Shown piece by piece: positions 13,859 through 26,761 of a stretch of 64,000 nt of DNA (position 1 is its first letter; the number at the start of each line of letters is the position of its first letter). Made by a program: the position numbers and the translations under genes. The notes under the pieces are model-generated. The model was given only the letters and a program-made list of their open reading frames with translations, was not told the origin of the DNA and ran no database searches. Origin of the DNA: Antedon mediterranea (Eukaryota; Animalia; Echinodermata). Location of the stretch: NCBI RefSeq assembly GCF_964355755.1, contig NC_092674.1:19282001-19346000 (forward strand). The letters run 5' to 3'.

Positions 13859-14755
13859 TCCCTCTGTTTCCCTTTTTTTTAAAATCTATTTAAAATATAA
13901 AAATGGTTATAATAGTGGCATGCAAAATTAAAGTTATATAAAAGAAAAAAACATTATACATATAAGCAAAAATTGAGTTAGCCAAAACCATTGACTCTGA
14001 AGTGTAACCTTATCACTTTCACTCTCTCTCTTCTCTCTCTTAAAAAAAATTAAAATTAAAAATGAATTTGGTATAAAATTCGCGTAAATCAAACATAAAT
14101 CGGTTGAAAATAAAATTACAAAACTTAAAAATGGTATGTTACATTGAACATACGTCAAATCGTGCGACAACTCATCGCATTCTAATGGCCTTCAAACATA
14201 AATCATCAAATTAAAACATAAAACTCAAGAAACTGTGGCTGATTAGCCTAAAATCAAATATCAAACTTAATCACTTAAAACTTTAAAAGAAACAAATGTG
14301 TGTGTCCCGTTGACACAAACTTATCCACAATATATCATTATCGTCACAACTTTATCGATTTAAGCATTTATATTTACAGGTAATTACGATTTCAATCGGT
14401 CGACAAATTCGACTTTTGTACTCAATGTAAAAAAAATTACAATTAAAAGTACTAAGAAAATCTCCTGTTCTTGTATATCAATTAATTAATGCTTGAGATC
14501 AACGACTCAAAGGTTAAACAAAATATTTGTTACAAAATGATTGTCGTTCTTTTCAATATCTCAATATATCGATCATTCAAAATTCAAAATTTAATCTTTA
14601 TCAAAAAACTCGTTACAAAATCAATACTCATAAATTCAATTCTCTTTTAACTGAAATCACATCATTACTAAACAAATCTCATCAAATACGTAGACTATGC
14701 TATCATTAATTTAGCAAATGTCGTAATTAAAAAAAATTTCTTGCAAAAAATTAAA

Positions 14756-17700
14756 TCAGTAACTTGTTGCATTATACAAACGTTTTATGAATCGTTTTGG
14801 CGATCCACTTATCGGTATCTGTTTATCATTAATGATCTCTTTAATCAATTTATCTGTATCGTTATATCTGTCAATATTCCACCAAAAGTTGCGATCATTA
14901 GATTCGTGTTTTGTTTTATCGGTGTTGCGTTTAGCTGAAGTCGGTTTAGAATATGAAACTAAAACTTGGAAATGTCCTGCTTTAAATCTACCTCGGTTTA
15001 ATGTCATATTTGAATCATTAGGTGCTGTCATAATTAGATTAGTTTGTTCCTTGATTTGTTCTTCTTTCATTTGGAATGGGGCTGCTAATCCCATGTTATT
15101 CTCTACACAGTCAATGTAAGGTTGCAAGTTAAGGGGTTCTATCTTAGTTGGATGTGTAAGGGTATCTGATTGCAATTGGGCTGGTGTCCTATCATGTTCG
15201 TCTACAAATTCAACATTGATTTCGTCATTTACTACATTAATGGTGTTTTGGATTTTATCGTTATTATCATCGGTGGGTTCATTCAACAATTGTTTAAGTT
15301 TTTGTAGATGTGTAAAATTTTTGCGTTCTTTGGGTGTTCTCATAAAACAGGGTTTCAGTCTGTTATAATTGAATACGTCACGAAGTATTTCTCCTTTAAT
15401 CGTCGCTAGGATGTAGTGTGTTCTGTCTAGTACTTCATGAATCACTAATGGTCCGACCCATTCTGCGGCGATTTTCTTTGAATTTGCCGTTAGTGATGAT
15501 GATGTTGGCTTGTATAAATATACGAGTTGTCCTACTGAGTAAATTGGACTTTTTTCTAAGCGTTGGGAAATCTTTGAGTTTTGGACGTTTTGTTGTGTTC
15601 GCTGTAATTGTAGCATTGTCTGTGAAATGTTTTGAAATTTCTTCTTGAGATGTTCAAAGTATTCTTCATAGGAATGAGACAATCCTGAAATAGGGTTAAA
15701 TGCTAATGAGGTCAAACTTGGAGGTTGGCGGCCAAAAACTAATTCGTAAGGGGAGTGGTTTCCTAGATGTGGGGATGAAAACGAGTTATAATCATAACAT
15801 GTTGTTGATACAAATCTAACCCAATCTGTTCCGAATTGGTTAAGGTTGACCTTTAACAGGTCCGATACGGTGCGGATATGACGTTCAACTTGTAAACTAC
15901 CGTGATTGTGGACGCTGATGATTTTCCTATCAATATTAAGGGTGTTACATAATAGTGTTAATAATTTTCCTGTAAGGGAGGTTGCTGCATCTGAAATAAG
16001 ACGAGATGGGGGTCCAAAAATACTGATTACCTTTTGAATTAGTGCTTCACAAATTGTTTCGGCATCAATGGATTTCAAAGGTACACAAATCAAAAATCTA
16101 GTTATCTCATCACATACTACCATAATATGTTTAAAACCTGAAGGTGATGTTGGCATACTTTTAAAATCTAGACTGAGTGTATGAAAGGGACGGTAAGTTG
16201 CTGGTACTCGATCGTATAAAGGACGTAATTTATCGGTTTTGGGACGAAATTGTTGACATCTAAGACACGCTTGGGTATAATTGTTGACTTTCTCGAACAT
16301 AAGAGGCATGTAAAATAATTTCCTAATAGTAAGGTAAGTACGCATCGTACCTTGGTGGCTACTTAACAAATTGTCGTGATACTGAGAAATAATAGTCTCT
16401 GCTAAGTTTTCAGGAACAGCTAATTGCAATACAAATTCTCCACCTTTATCTTGGAAAAATAAACGGAATAGTAAACCGTTGCACAATATGTACTGCTCTG
16501 ACTTATTTTGAACTGCACGAGCTGCTTTCTTATCAGCTGGAAGGATATCATGAGCTAAATAATCGTAAACTGGTTTAAAGAATGGTGAAGTTTCTTGTTC
16601 AACACGTAATCGTTTAACATCTACTGGGAGGTTATAATCTCTAATTATCTTTCTTTGAATAACATCCATTAATCTATCTAGGTCTTGTTGTTTTGGGATG
16701 TGTGCTGACTTAAATTCAGTTATGTTGGGTACTAGTGGTTTGGGCGATGTATACGATTCAACTGGTACATTTCGATGTGTAGTGTCTTTGCTTTGCTTGT
16801 TTTTGTCTACTAGTCGTTCCTCTGGAGGTTGTCGAATGTTTACATTACGTATTGGGGGTGGCGTTACGATGGGTGGCGTTGTGATGGGCGGTGATCGATG
16901 TGCGTTTGTTTGTTGTCTCGTGATTATCTGTGGTGTAGTGGTAGGTTGAGGTGTAGGTCGCGTGTTTGTTGTCACTGGGTTTTGATTAATGACAGGCGTT
17001 TGTACTGGTTTGGGTTTATGTAGGTCAGGTATATTTATTCCCATTTTCTTGGCGTATGACCTTGTTACTGGTCTGCTAGTAGATGTGTTTGTAATCGGGT
17101 TAAGAGATTCAGTCTCTGTAATATTAAATGCAATGGGTACAACTTGATCAATTTCGGAATCGTCGTCACGAGGGGCTCGGGAGAGAAAATCTGCTAAAAC
17201 TAATTCAGTTCCTTTCTTATAACCAATTTGGAAAATGTATCCGGACAATCGTAATATTAGTTTCTGTAAACGGGGTGTACATGGCTGATCTTTTGAATTC
17301 CAAATTTGTACAATTGCTGAGTGGTCTACGAATGCATCAAATTCGCAACCCTTTAGTAAGTGTCGAAATGCTGAAACGTTAATGTAAAGTCCAAATAACT
17401 CTAATTCTGTGACGCTATATCGTTGACTTGTGGTAAGATTTTGGAATAATAACCTATTATGTGTTCTTTACCGTTTACTGTTTGTGTTAAATATGAACCT
17501 GTTGCGGTTCTAGAAGTGTCGCTATATAGCGTAAATCTACCTTCTTTTCTAGGCATTTGAAGAGTTGGTGGTTTAACCATTAAGTGTTTAATTTCGTCAA
17601 ATGCTTTCTGGTGTTCAGTGGACCAACAAAATTTTCGGCGTTTGCTTGCGAGTGTGTGTAACGGACGTAAAATTGATTGTATTTGAGGGAAAAAATGGGA

Positions 17701-19460
17701 TACATAATTTACTGCACCAATAAATCGTTTAGTTTCTTTATGGGTTCGTGGAACTGGCAAATTTCGGATAGCTGCACACCTGTCGCCTAATGGTGTGATA
17801 CATGCGTGTCCTGAAGAATTAATCAGGATGGTGTGTCCCATATATTGCACTTTATTCTTGAATAACTTACATTTCTTTGGACAAATTATAAAACCATTTA
17901 ATTTTAGGGCTTGTAAAACGGAAACGAGGTGCTGCTTATGAGCAAATTTGTCTTGGCTAAATAAAATAATATCATCGTGATGGGCGATACAGAATTCTCT
18001 AGAATTTGGGATTTCATTTAAAATTTCGTCAATCTTTGCTTGAAATATACCTGGCGAAACGTTTAATCCTTGTGCTAATCTTTTATAATAATAATGTTTT
18101 CCACCATGATATGAAGCTATACCTGTATATTGTTGGGCATGTTCGGCTAATGGTACACAGTGGAACGCTGATTTCAAATCAATTACGCTAAGAATCTGTG
18201 CATTAGCGTTACCTATTGTTTTCAGAGTTTCGGCTAATAATGGGAATGGGTGATTAATACGTTTTATCCTGGAATTTAGATAGCGAAAGTCTGTGACAAC
18301 TCTTTTATCTTTTGAATTTTTCTTTGAAACAAGAAGGACAGGGGAAGTATACGATTGGTGTCCTACTGCTAAGATTCCTAATTTGACTAATTTGTTCAAT
18401 TCGGCCTCAATAACATGTTTGTCTTTGTCTGTCGCGAAGTATGGTCGAATAAAAAATGGTTCATCGTTAGAGAGGTGTATGTCAGCTTTGAAGTTTGGGC
18501 AGCTAGATAGTTCACCATAAAGTGAAAATGCGTTTCTGTTTTGTTGTAAGGTTTTATACAAATCTTCTTTTTCTCTATGTGTTAAAACGCTGTCTGTTAA
18601 ATCAACTTGTTTTCTAATTATTTCTTCCTCGGTTAAAGATAGCAATGGGTCTGTACGTTCTAAATGTGGGTACTTGTTTGCGTTGTCATTGGTCAACTTT
18701 ATTCTATCAATTGGTAGGTCGTTAGTAACTGTTACAAGGTTGGTTAAGTGAAGGCTCGCGATAGGTTGATGTGTATTTAGAGATACGTTTCTGTTTGTGT
18801 TGTTAGTGATATCAATGTTGGTTTCTCCTCTATGTAATTTTACTAACATATCTGATGGACAAAGTTTTGAAATATGGGTGGTTGCATGTAGAACAACATC
18901 AGAATTGCGTACGAAGGCGGGAACCCTTCCTTTTAATTTAACTGTTCTAGTATCACCGGGTTTAAGAAAAATCTTGTGTACTGGACGAAAGCTAAAAATC
19001 TTTGGTCTAATGCGAAATGTGTTTTCCTTAAAATTTAAAGTGCCGTCGAGTTCAGACAATGTTTCGGTTCCAAGTATCAGGTCAATACCTGTCAAATTTT
19101 TAACGATTAATGCTGAAATTTTAAATTTGTGTCCTTGGATAAATAATTCGAATTGCACTAAGTGGTTGGCATATAAGAAGTCACCGTTACCTAATCGAAA
19201 TTTAGTTGTGTTCACTTTAACTGGCTTTAAACGCGATAAATAAAGTGAGGAATTAACGTACGATTGTGAGATTATAGTTCTAGTTGAACCACTGTCAAAT
19301 AAAGTTAAAACATTTCTACCATCTGGTAAATTTCCTTTAACGTAATTTCTGTCGTTAAGTAGCAAATCAATATTATCTGAATTCCCTAAGTATTTTGCCT
19401 TAAAATTGTCGTATTTAGTATGGGGGGCCAGATTATAGGCGGCATCTAGTCCCCTTTTTA
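14756..19460 (-). pseudogene. pol: Gypsy pol (protease-RT-RNase H-integrase) split by a 4-bp deletion
   Basis: ORFs 17401..19365 and 14756..17248 together correspond to ORF 55926..60539. Copy 1 reads caag|tcaac where copy 2 reads caagCCTGtcaac (near 17427, within RNase H). Confidence 0.92.
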
Positions 19461-20417
19461 AAAATCCTGCTGGTGGCTAGGGTAGTAATTGTTTGACTGT
19501 TGGTATGGGTATGGCGGGGGATAGTTTCCGTAGGAGCGGTTTTGTTGTCGGCAGTGCCTTGCTATGTGGCCTGGTTTCCCGCAGTAATAACAGGTTGGGG
19601 GAGGTTGTCTATATCTTGGGGTCGGTGGGGTCTGGAATCGGGGTTTGTATGGGCTTGGGCTTCGGTTTCGTCTTGGGATATAATTTCGGGTGGGGGAACG
19701 TGAGCGTCGAGTATCATCATTATGGGATCGTTTTGTTGTGGCCATGTCTAACTTGAGAGAATTTATCTCATGTTGGAGCGATTCGAGACTATTATCTGTT
19801 TCCTTATTGATATTGAATGAAACTTCCCGTGTGGCATCATCTACGGAAAGGTCAAGGTAATTTTGTGTGCTATTTACAATATTTTCAATAGTGGCATCGA
19901 TTGGGGTGGACATGGCTACAGCTGCTCTACATTTTGGTGGAATGGTCGAAATAAATTTATTCTTTATCTGCTGGTCAGCGTATCCAATTCTGTCTGCGGC
20001 TTGTTTGATTTTGGTTAAGTGCTTTTCGGCGTTGTCGCCAGTGGTGTATGTAATTGAATCGTATTCTCTTATGTGCGCATAGATTGATTTGTTTTTACTA
20101 AACCTGTTGATGAATTGGGTTTTTAAGGATTCCAGTGAATCAAACTGCTTTCCCTCAATCCAGAGTCTAGCTTGGCCCTGAAGGCTACGTTTAAAAATAC
20201 TTATTACATTAATTAATTGGGCATTGTTTACAGGATTTTCTAAAGTGTGGGCCTCAAGGTAGTCGGTAAACGATAAGTAGTGTGCACTACATTGGTCGTG
20301 ATCGGTTATGGAACCGTCATATCTTTTGGGAAGGAAATCGGTTTGTCTTAGGTGGGGCACGGGGTGAGGATTGACGGGCTCATTTAAAATTACTTCGTTA
20401 TCAACAACGTCAACCAT
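19458..20417 (-). CDS. gag: Gypsy Gag, 319 aa, CCHC zinc knuckle
   Basis: CYYCGKPGHIARHC knuckle, capsid-like LQGQARLW segment and RS-rich tract; lies upstream of pol. Confidence 0.92.
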   Translation of the reverse strand: MVDVVDNEVILNEPVNPHPVPHLRQTDFLPKRYDGSITDHDQCSAHYLSFTDYLEAHTLENPVNNAQLINVISIFKRSLQGQARLWIEGKQFDSLESLKTQFINRFSKNKSIYAHIREYDSITYTTGDNAEKHLTKIKQAADRIGYADQQIKNKFISTIPPKCRAAVAMSTPIDATIENIVNSTQNYLDLSVDDATREVSFNINKETDNSLESLQHEINSLKLDMATTKRSHNDDTRRSRSPTRNYIPRRNRSPSPYKPRFQTPPTPRYRQPPPTCYYCGKPGHIARHCRQQNRSYGNYPPPYPYQQSNNYYPSHQQDF

Positions 20418-21139
20418 ACTTTATAATATTAATTAATCAAAATATCAAAAACAATTTAGTGTATATATATGTAAACTCTCACTATTCAATCAAGGTTACA
20501 AATCAAAAATCAAAATGGTTTTGACTTACCCCAAATGCTTCGGATCCAATTAAAAATGAATTAAAGGAATGCAAAAAGTGTTAAAAAATGTTTAAATGTT
20601 CAAACAACGAATTAAAAAAATGTTAAAAGTGCTCATCAATGTTCAAATTTTCAAACAACGAATTAAAAAAAATGCGAAAGGTGTTCATCAATGTTCAAAA
20701 AAGTAAATGTTAAAAAAACGATCGAAAAAAAAACGGCGTGAAGTTGAAAGTGTCCAAACGAAACAGTTCTTGTCCGCTTGCTTCTGTTTTGATTCTTCTT
20801 GGGTCTTCCTCGATTATCTTCTTTGTCTTTATCCAATGGTTATAATTTGATAAAATTTCTGCTTGTCTCGATCTCATTCAAATATATAATTTCAGCTTGT
20901 CTTTTGTGTCTTCTTCGATTATCTTCTTTGTCTTCATCCAATGGTAATAATTTGATAAAATTTCTGCTTGTCTCGATCTCATTCAAATATAATTTCAGAT
21001 TGTCTTTTGTTTAAAAGTAAATTTCTGGTTTTCTCCTTTCAAACAAATATGGTTATTTTTGTCTTCGTCTTCGTGTCTTGTTAAGTGTTTATTTCTTGTT
21101 TTCTCACTCCGTTCCTTATGAAATTTGGGTCTTCCACCA

Positions 21140-21703
21140 TGTAATATAATGTTGCGGTTGTTGAGGTACTAATGAAGACTCTTACTCGCTTGACTGTCGT
21201 AACACATATATTATTTATTCAGTATAATACTTCAGTACAATATACAACTATAAGTATAGATAAGGAACGGACAATCAATGATGCTGTCAGTGAGGTGTGA
21301 AGTGTGTAGGTCTGCTTCTGAAGAAGTGGCTGTGAGGTGTGTCTGGGCCCTTCTGAAACTTCATTTGCATATGTCACTACGTAATATTAGAGGGTAACGA
21401 TTGGTCCTAAGTTGATCCAGGGGTGTTTAAGTGGGAGTGATTAACGGTATAATAAGGTATTTCTGTGATGGATGACACTGTCAAATCTGTACTTAAATAG
21501 TGTCAGTCACTCCTGGTTTAACGATGGGAAAAGTCACAAAGTTAAGCTAAGTGTTTTCTTTAGGGATTCTATTATAAACTAAATGGTCATTAAAACATCT
21601 GGACAAACTCTCCTCTGGACTTTCTGGGTCAAGTTTGTGAACCTATTTGAATTCCGATACAAAGGTCAATTTCTTAAATATAAAAGTATATCGTTATATT
21701 ACA
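21140..21703 (-). repeat. 5' LTR of Gypsy copy 1 (564 bp; 20-bp deletion relative to the 3' LTR)
   Basis: Lacks gggagtatattggctcagtt near 21361 and has a few substitutions. Confidence 0.95.
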
Positions 21704-22658
21704 GTACATACATCATCGTGTCTATTTATTCGTTCCTGTAAACGACATGTATCATTTTATTATTATACGTAGGCCTACATTTGAAATCGGCAGTTTGTTA
21801 ACGCTGAAATTACTATGTATTCGGGAACAATCCGTGGGCATGTCCTAGATGGTACGCGATTGAAAATAAGCACTTTCTTATCTGTATGGATACGATTTTG
21901 ATTTGATTTGATGTATCAAATTACAAAGTAAAATCTCTATTCTTTTGGACACAAAATTTGTAAATAGAGAGGCATTTTAAAAAGCTATGAAAAATAAACG
22001 GTGTGGTAAAAAATGTTATCCCATCACTAAAATATGTAATATAACTTGAATTTTACATTTCTGGTATTTTTATTCAACTTCCGATTTTTATTTTGATGCC
22101 ATAGCAAAAATTATACATCGTATATCCACCATCTTTTTTTACCTTCTAGGGAGTCACCAGACATGTTATTACATTAGGTTAAACTACCTAACTACTGAAA
22201 AAAAGTCTTCCTGGTTTTATAGCAGAATTTGGCCAAATTTTGTATTTGACTATATTAAGGGAAATTCATGTTTTTTCGTCTTGATTTATGTTACAAATAT
22301 ATGATTTATGTACAATTAACCAGATATTATATTTAAAATGCATGCCTGTACAATAGTTTTAAAATAATCCGGTGCTCGGTTGTTAATAGAATTAAACATG
22401 CAATAATACAAATACAAATTTTGCTTTGTTTGTTGTTTGTGTTTGTTGTTGTGAAGTTATTAATTAACCAATTTTTTTGAATAGCGAGTAAGTTTCTTAT
22501 CTATCTTTATAAACTATTAATTATAAAAATACTATGCAAACTAAATAATAATTGAATGACGAAAACACTCTAAACACTGGTAAAAATAGCAAAGACGTTG
22601 CCATGATATTGATATTACTGTATATTGATAATTATTTTGTGAATTTTGTTTTTTTAAG

Positions 22659-23709
22659 ATGAAGGTTTCTCTAGGAATGCTCTTCTTATGTGTTTTTGTT
22701 GTTCAGCTACTTTGTGTGAATGCATTTTTCCGACGACGTAGACGTCGGCGGCGAAGGTCACCTCCTGTCGTTAACTGCGTCTGGAGCAATTGGCAACCAT
22801 GGAGTGCTTGTTCTGTAACTTGTGGAAATGGCGGTACACGAACTAAAACACGAAGTGTGGTGACCGCAGCGTCAGGTGGAGTTTCAGCATGTAGTAGTGG
22901 GGATGCCTCAGATAGCGAAAGTTTCTCAGGTCAAGCTATTATTAATTGTTCATAGAGTACTTGGCAAGGATGGTCGCCATGCTCCGTATCTTGTGGTAGT
23001 GGTGGGACACAGACAAGAGTACGTACTAAGGCAAGATCCGAATTCTGTGGAGGTTCTGCATGCACGGGAATTTCTCATCAACAGAGAAGTTGCTCTGGTT
23101 ACAGTCCAGTCGATTGTGCTTGGGGGGATTGGCATGAATGGACGGCTTGTTCTGTAACTTGTGGTAGTGGTGGTACACAGACAAGAACACGATGTGTGGA
23201 GACGTCAGAGTATTGTGGAGGTACCACGTGTAGTGAGCCTTCTGAACAACAGAGAAGTTGCTCTCGTTACAGTCCAGTCAATTGTGCTTGGGGTGATTGG
23301 CAAGAATGGACAGCTTGTTCTGTAACTTGTGGAAGTGGTGGTACACAGACAAGAACACGATGTGTGGAGACGTCAGAGTATTGTGGAGGCACAACGTGTA
23401 GTGAGCCTTCTGAACAACAGATAAGTTGCTCTGGTGAAAGTATTAATTGCGTTTGGGGTGATTGGCAAGAATGGACATCCTGTTCTGTAACTTGTGGAAA
23501 TGGTACACAGACAAGAATCCGTATTGTAATGACGCCAGAGTCTTGTGGAGGTATGACATGTAATGGCTTATCAGAACAACACAAAACCTGTGAAAATCAA
23601 AATACTTGCGTTTGTTCACAAGGATGTATGCGTGGAACAGCATCATCTGATTCTTGTGTGGATTGTCCTTTTCCGTATACAGGTAGCTGCTGTGAACAAT
23701 TAATTGACG
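22659..23709 (+). CDS. TSP1-repeat exon (5 thrombospondin type-1 repeats) with an internal TAG
   Basis: Repeated WxxWxxWxxCSVTCGxGG.QTR.R motifs. ORFs 22659..22955 and 23196..23813 share one frame across a single stop. Donor G|GTAAGT at 23710. Confidence 0.88.
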
Positions 23710-24120
23710 GTAAGTTGTATAAACCCTTTACAGTCATGCAGTATTGTATTGTGTTTTTGTTAATTAACATATTTTATTTCTATTTTATAACCATAATATT
23801 TTCACTTATGTAAACGTATTATGACAAAAATTAAAAAAGTACAATATAAATTTAGTAATCGTAGATCACTGGCAACATAGTTTTTACGGAATGCCGGTAA
23901 TCTTAGTTCAAAACACTCATAATGTATTGGTAAAACACTGAGCATAAACAAACAATCTTTAACATGTTAAAAATTGTTTGTTAACAAATAGAATTTAAAT
24001 CGTCAAATTTGCGAAGTGATCATCGTTAATAATTTTACTCACATTTAACCTTATAAATTACATTAACAGGAGCAAAATGTTGATAAAGTACAGTATTCCA
24101 TCCTATGGTATGATGTACAG

Positions 24121-26761
24121 TGTTATATATTGTGCTCTGGGAATGAATGATAACACTAAGACCATGTGCTAATGTTCAGCCATCTTGTAGAGCTCCTTTA
24201 TTAGTCTCCAATCCAGACGTTAAATTGCTAATATGAATATATTACATTACTTCTTTCTTTTAAAATTGAGTCAAGTGATACAGGTATTGGTTTTGTAAAA
24301 TACAGTACTAATTATAGTATGGCTATCTAACATAACATTCTAAAACTAAGTAACAATAAACATAATGCATATAACAAAAACAAGATCTTCTAGATTTAAA
24401 TTAACTATATAATGATTACATCTTATTTCCCTTTTCCTTTCTCTCTCTTTACATCAGATGTGGTATCCAATCATTTGATTAGGATGTATTATTTTAACCA
24501 ATCGTCCTATTTTAACTTCATACTTTCTTGGACCTAATAACTTTATTACAATGCCATTTAGCCATTTGTCTTGTCCTTTACCTTGTGTTCTCATGTTTTT
24601 CACTTTTACTTTGTCTGACACTGAAACGATTCTTTTTGGTTAGCTAAGCTGTATTCTTCATCTGTTACATGTTGGTTTATGGTAACACTATAGTCCCCAC
24701 AAATTCTAACAGTACCGTCGGATTTAGGAACTACTACTATAGGTGATGCCCAATTTGATTTTTCTACTTTCGTCAGTACATGTTCATTTTCTAATCTAAC
24801 CAACTCTCTTTCTACTTTAGATTTCATTGTATATGGTACAAATCTAGCTTTACAATATATGGGTTGAACATTTTGTTTTATGTTAATATGAACTTTTTCT
24901 CCTGTAATACCGTTCTTATCAGACTCAAACAATTTTTATTTTTTTTATTTTTATTTTTTTATTTTATTTCATACTCATCCAACAGCGAGTAACCCGCTAA
25001 TTACAGGATGGATAAACTACCCCAATTTTTTTAACTTATTATGGAAGCCAATAAGTTGTAGATACAAATGTATATACACATTAGACGTACAAAATGGTAT
25101 GACGTCATCAAATGGCCACTTGAATTTAAAAATTAGGAATGTTTTTCTTTTTGTGTGGGTTATCACATTCAATAGAGCGCATCTCCGTTATTTGAGCCCG
25201 ATTTTCGCACAACTTTTAGTATGTGCTTGCTCAATTAATTATTCTTCTAAGGAGTTTTCAACATTTTTATTTTGATGACGTCATCACGCGTAAAAACTTG
25301 AATAACGTAGGTCGTGTAATTTCAGCTACACCATACATTTGAATATCTTATAGCTCTTCAGAATTAAAGGTGACCTTGAAGATTATAAGTTATTATGAAA
25401 GCTGATGAAATGTAGATATGAATTCATATTAAAATTAAGCCTATCGGATGTTGTGATGTTATCATATGGCCAGTTGAAGTTAAAAAGTAGTTTTTAAATT
25501 TCTTTAGTCAAAGTTATACAAATTTCAAAGACCGCGCATTGCGCTTCTACGTGTCAAATTTTCTTCCAATCCTTATATTTATTTGCTCAATTCATTATCT
25601 TTCGAAATTGTCATCTTCGAGTTTATTTTGAAAATTCCATCATACCAAAAAATTAGAACACGATATGAGTCCCGTAATTTCACCTATGCTACACTGTATA
25701 TAGATATACAGTATATACTGTACATATTGTATGACACATAGGTAGAACTCAGCACTATAATGTGTATATTCAATCATGTCATAGGATGGCGTACATCAAC
25801 TTTTAACGATCGTATGTTAACGTACATGCATGTTTAAAAAATGTTAATTTTATTAAAATGATAAAAATGATCACCTATAATTCGTCAAAGTGACGAATTA
25901 AATTCTAGTTATTATTATTATTATTATAGCCTGGTGTAGAACCACACTTATTACATTGCTTCGCTTGAGTTATTTTATTAACTGAATGACCTGCCTTAGT
26001 CTCGCCACTTCGACTAGGCATACTACTACTAGTATTATCAAAGTTCTCCATTTCATTTGATTGTTTAGTTGTTAGTTCATTTGTCCTACCCTGTAGAAGT
26101 AACTCATCTAATGTACATCCACCCGTTTTCAAACCAAATTTTCTTAGCTTAGAATCTGTTGTCGATTGAATAATATGTGATTTAATCTCTCCACTAATAT
26201 CATAGAAATCAAATCACACTTATCAGCTTGTTCACATAGTCTAATGTGACACACGTCAATGCTCTCACCTTTATTTTGCTGTAACTTTCTAAATTTCGAT
26301 CTTTAAAATTCACTGTTCGATGATGGTAAGAAGTAATTTTTCAAAGCTTCTTTTGCCTGTACGTATGTCAGTACCTTTATTTGGTAGCATTTCAAATGTG
26401 TTAAAGTTACCTGGGCCAATGAAGTGTAGCAGTAGTGCTCTCTTCCTTACGTCAGCAGTCACGTTCGCCGCCACTAAGTAGTTATCAAACCTGGCGATCC
26501 ATCTCGCCCATTCTTGTATGGTTGGATCAAAATACTCCATCGATATGTCAAATTTAGACATTATTGCTTACTTATAATATTCACGGAGTTCACTTATCCA
26601 CAATTCTCGTCGCCAATGTTATATATTGTGCTCTGGGAATGAATGATAACACTAAGTATTTCACTAAGAAATCAGACCATGTGCTAATGTTCAGCCATCT
26701 TGTAGAACTCCTTTATTAGTCTCCAATCCAGACGTTAAATTGCTAATATGAATAAATTACA
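24121..26761 (-). mobile_element. Internally deleted Mag-clade-like Gypsy LTR element
   Basis: Short LTRs 24121-24246 and 26617-26761 (TG..CA), 5-bp TSD TACAG, PBS TGGCGACGAG (tRNA-Ser type), gag N-terminus (26310..26561, WARWIARFDNY..KRALLL) and an RT N-terminal fragment (24606..24932, WASPIVVVPK.DG.VRICGDY). Confidence 0.9.
25020..25910. mobile_element. Truncated inverted copy of the 6783-8358 Helentron/HINE element, nested in the Mag element
   Basis: Its reverse complement matches about 6785-7670, e.g. aactagaat.taattcgtcac and acgcgtgatgacgtcatcaaa. Confidence 0.85.

Larger units (their letters stand above)
13275..21703 (-). mobile_element. Ty3/Gypsy LTR retrotransposon, copy 1 (full length, pol frameshifted)
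   Basis: TG..CA LTRs at 13275-13858 and 21140-21703, 4-bp TSD GTAC (13271-74 / 21704-07), gag and PR-RT-RH-IN pol, PPT at 13859-13880, TGG-initiated PBS at 21139-21127. Confidence 0.97.

Noticed and set aside
22953-22955. Programmed stop-codon readthrough in the TSP1 gene
   Set aside because: The TAG is one transition from the expected TGG, lacks a CARYYA-type context, and a second stop occurs at 28775.
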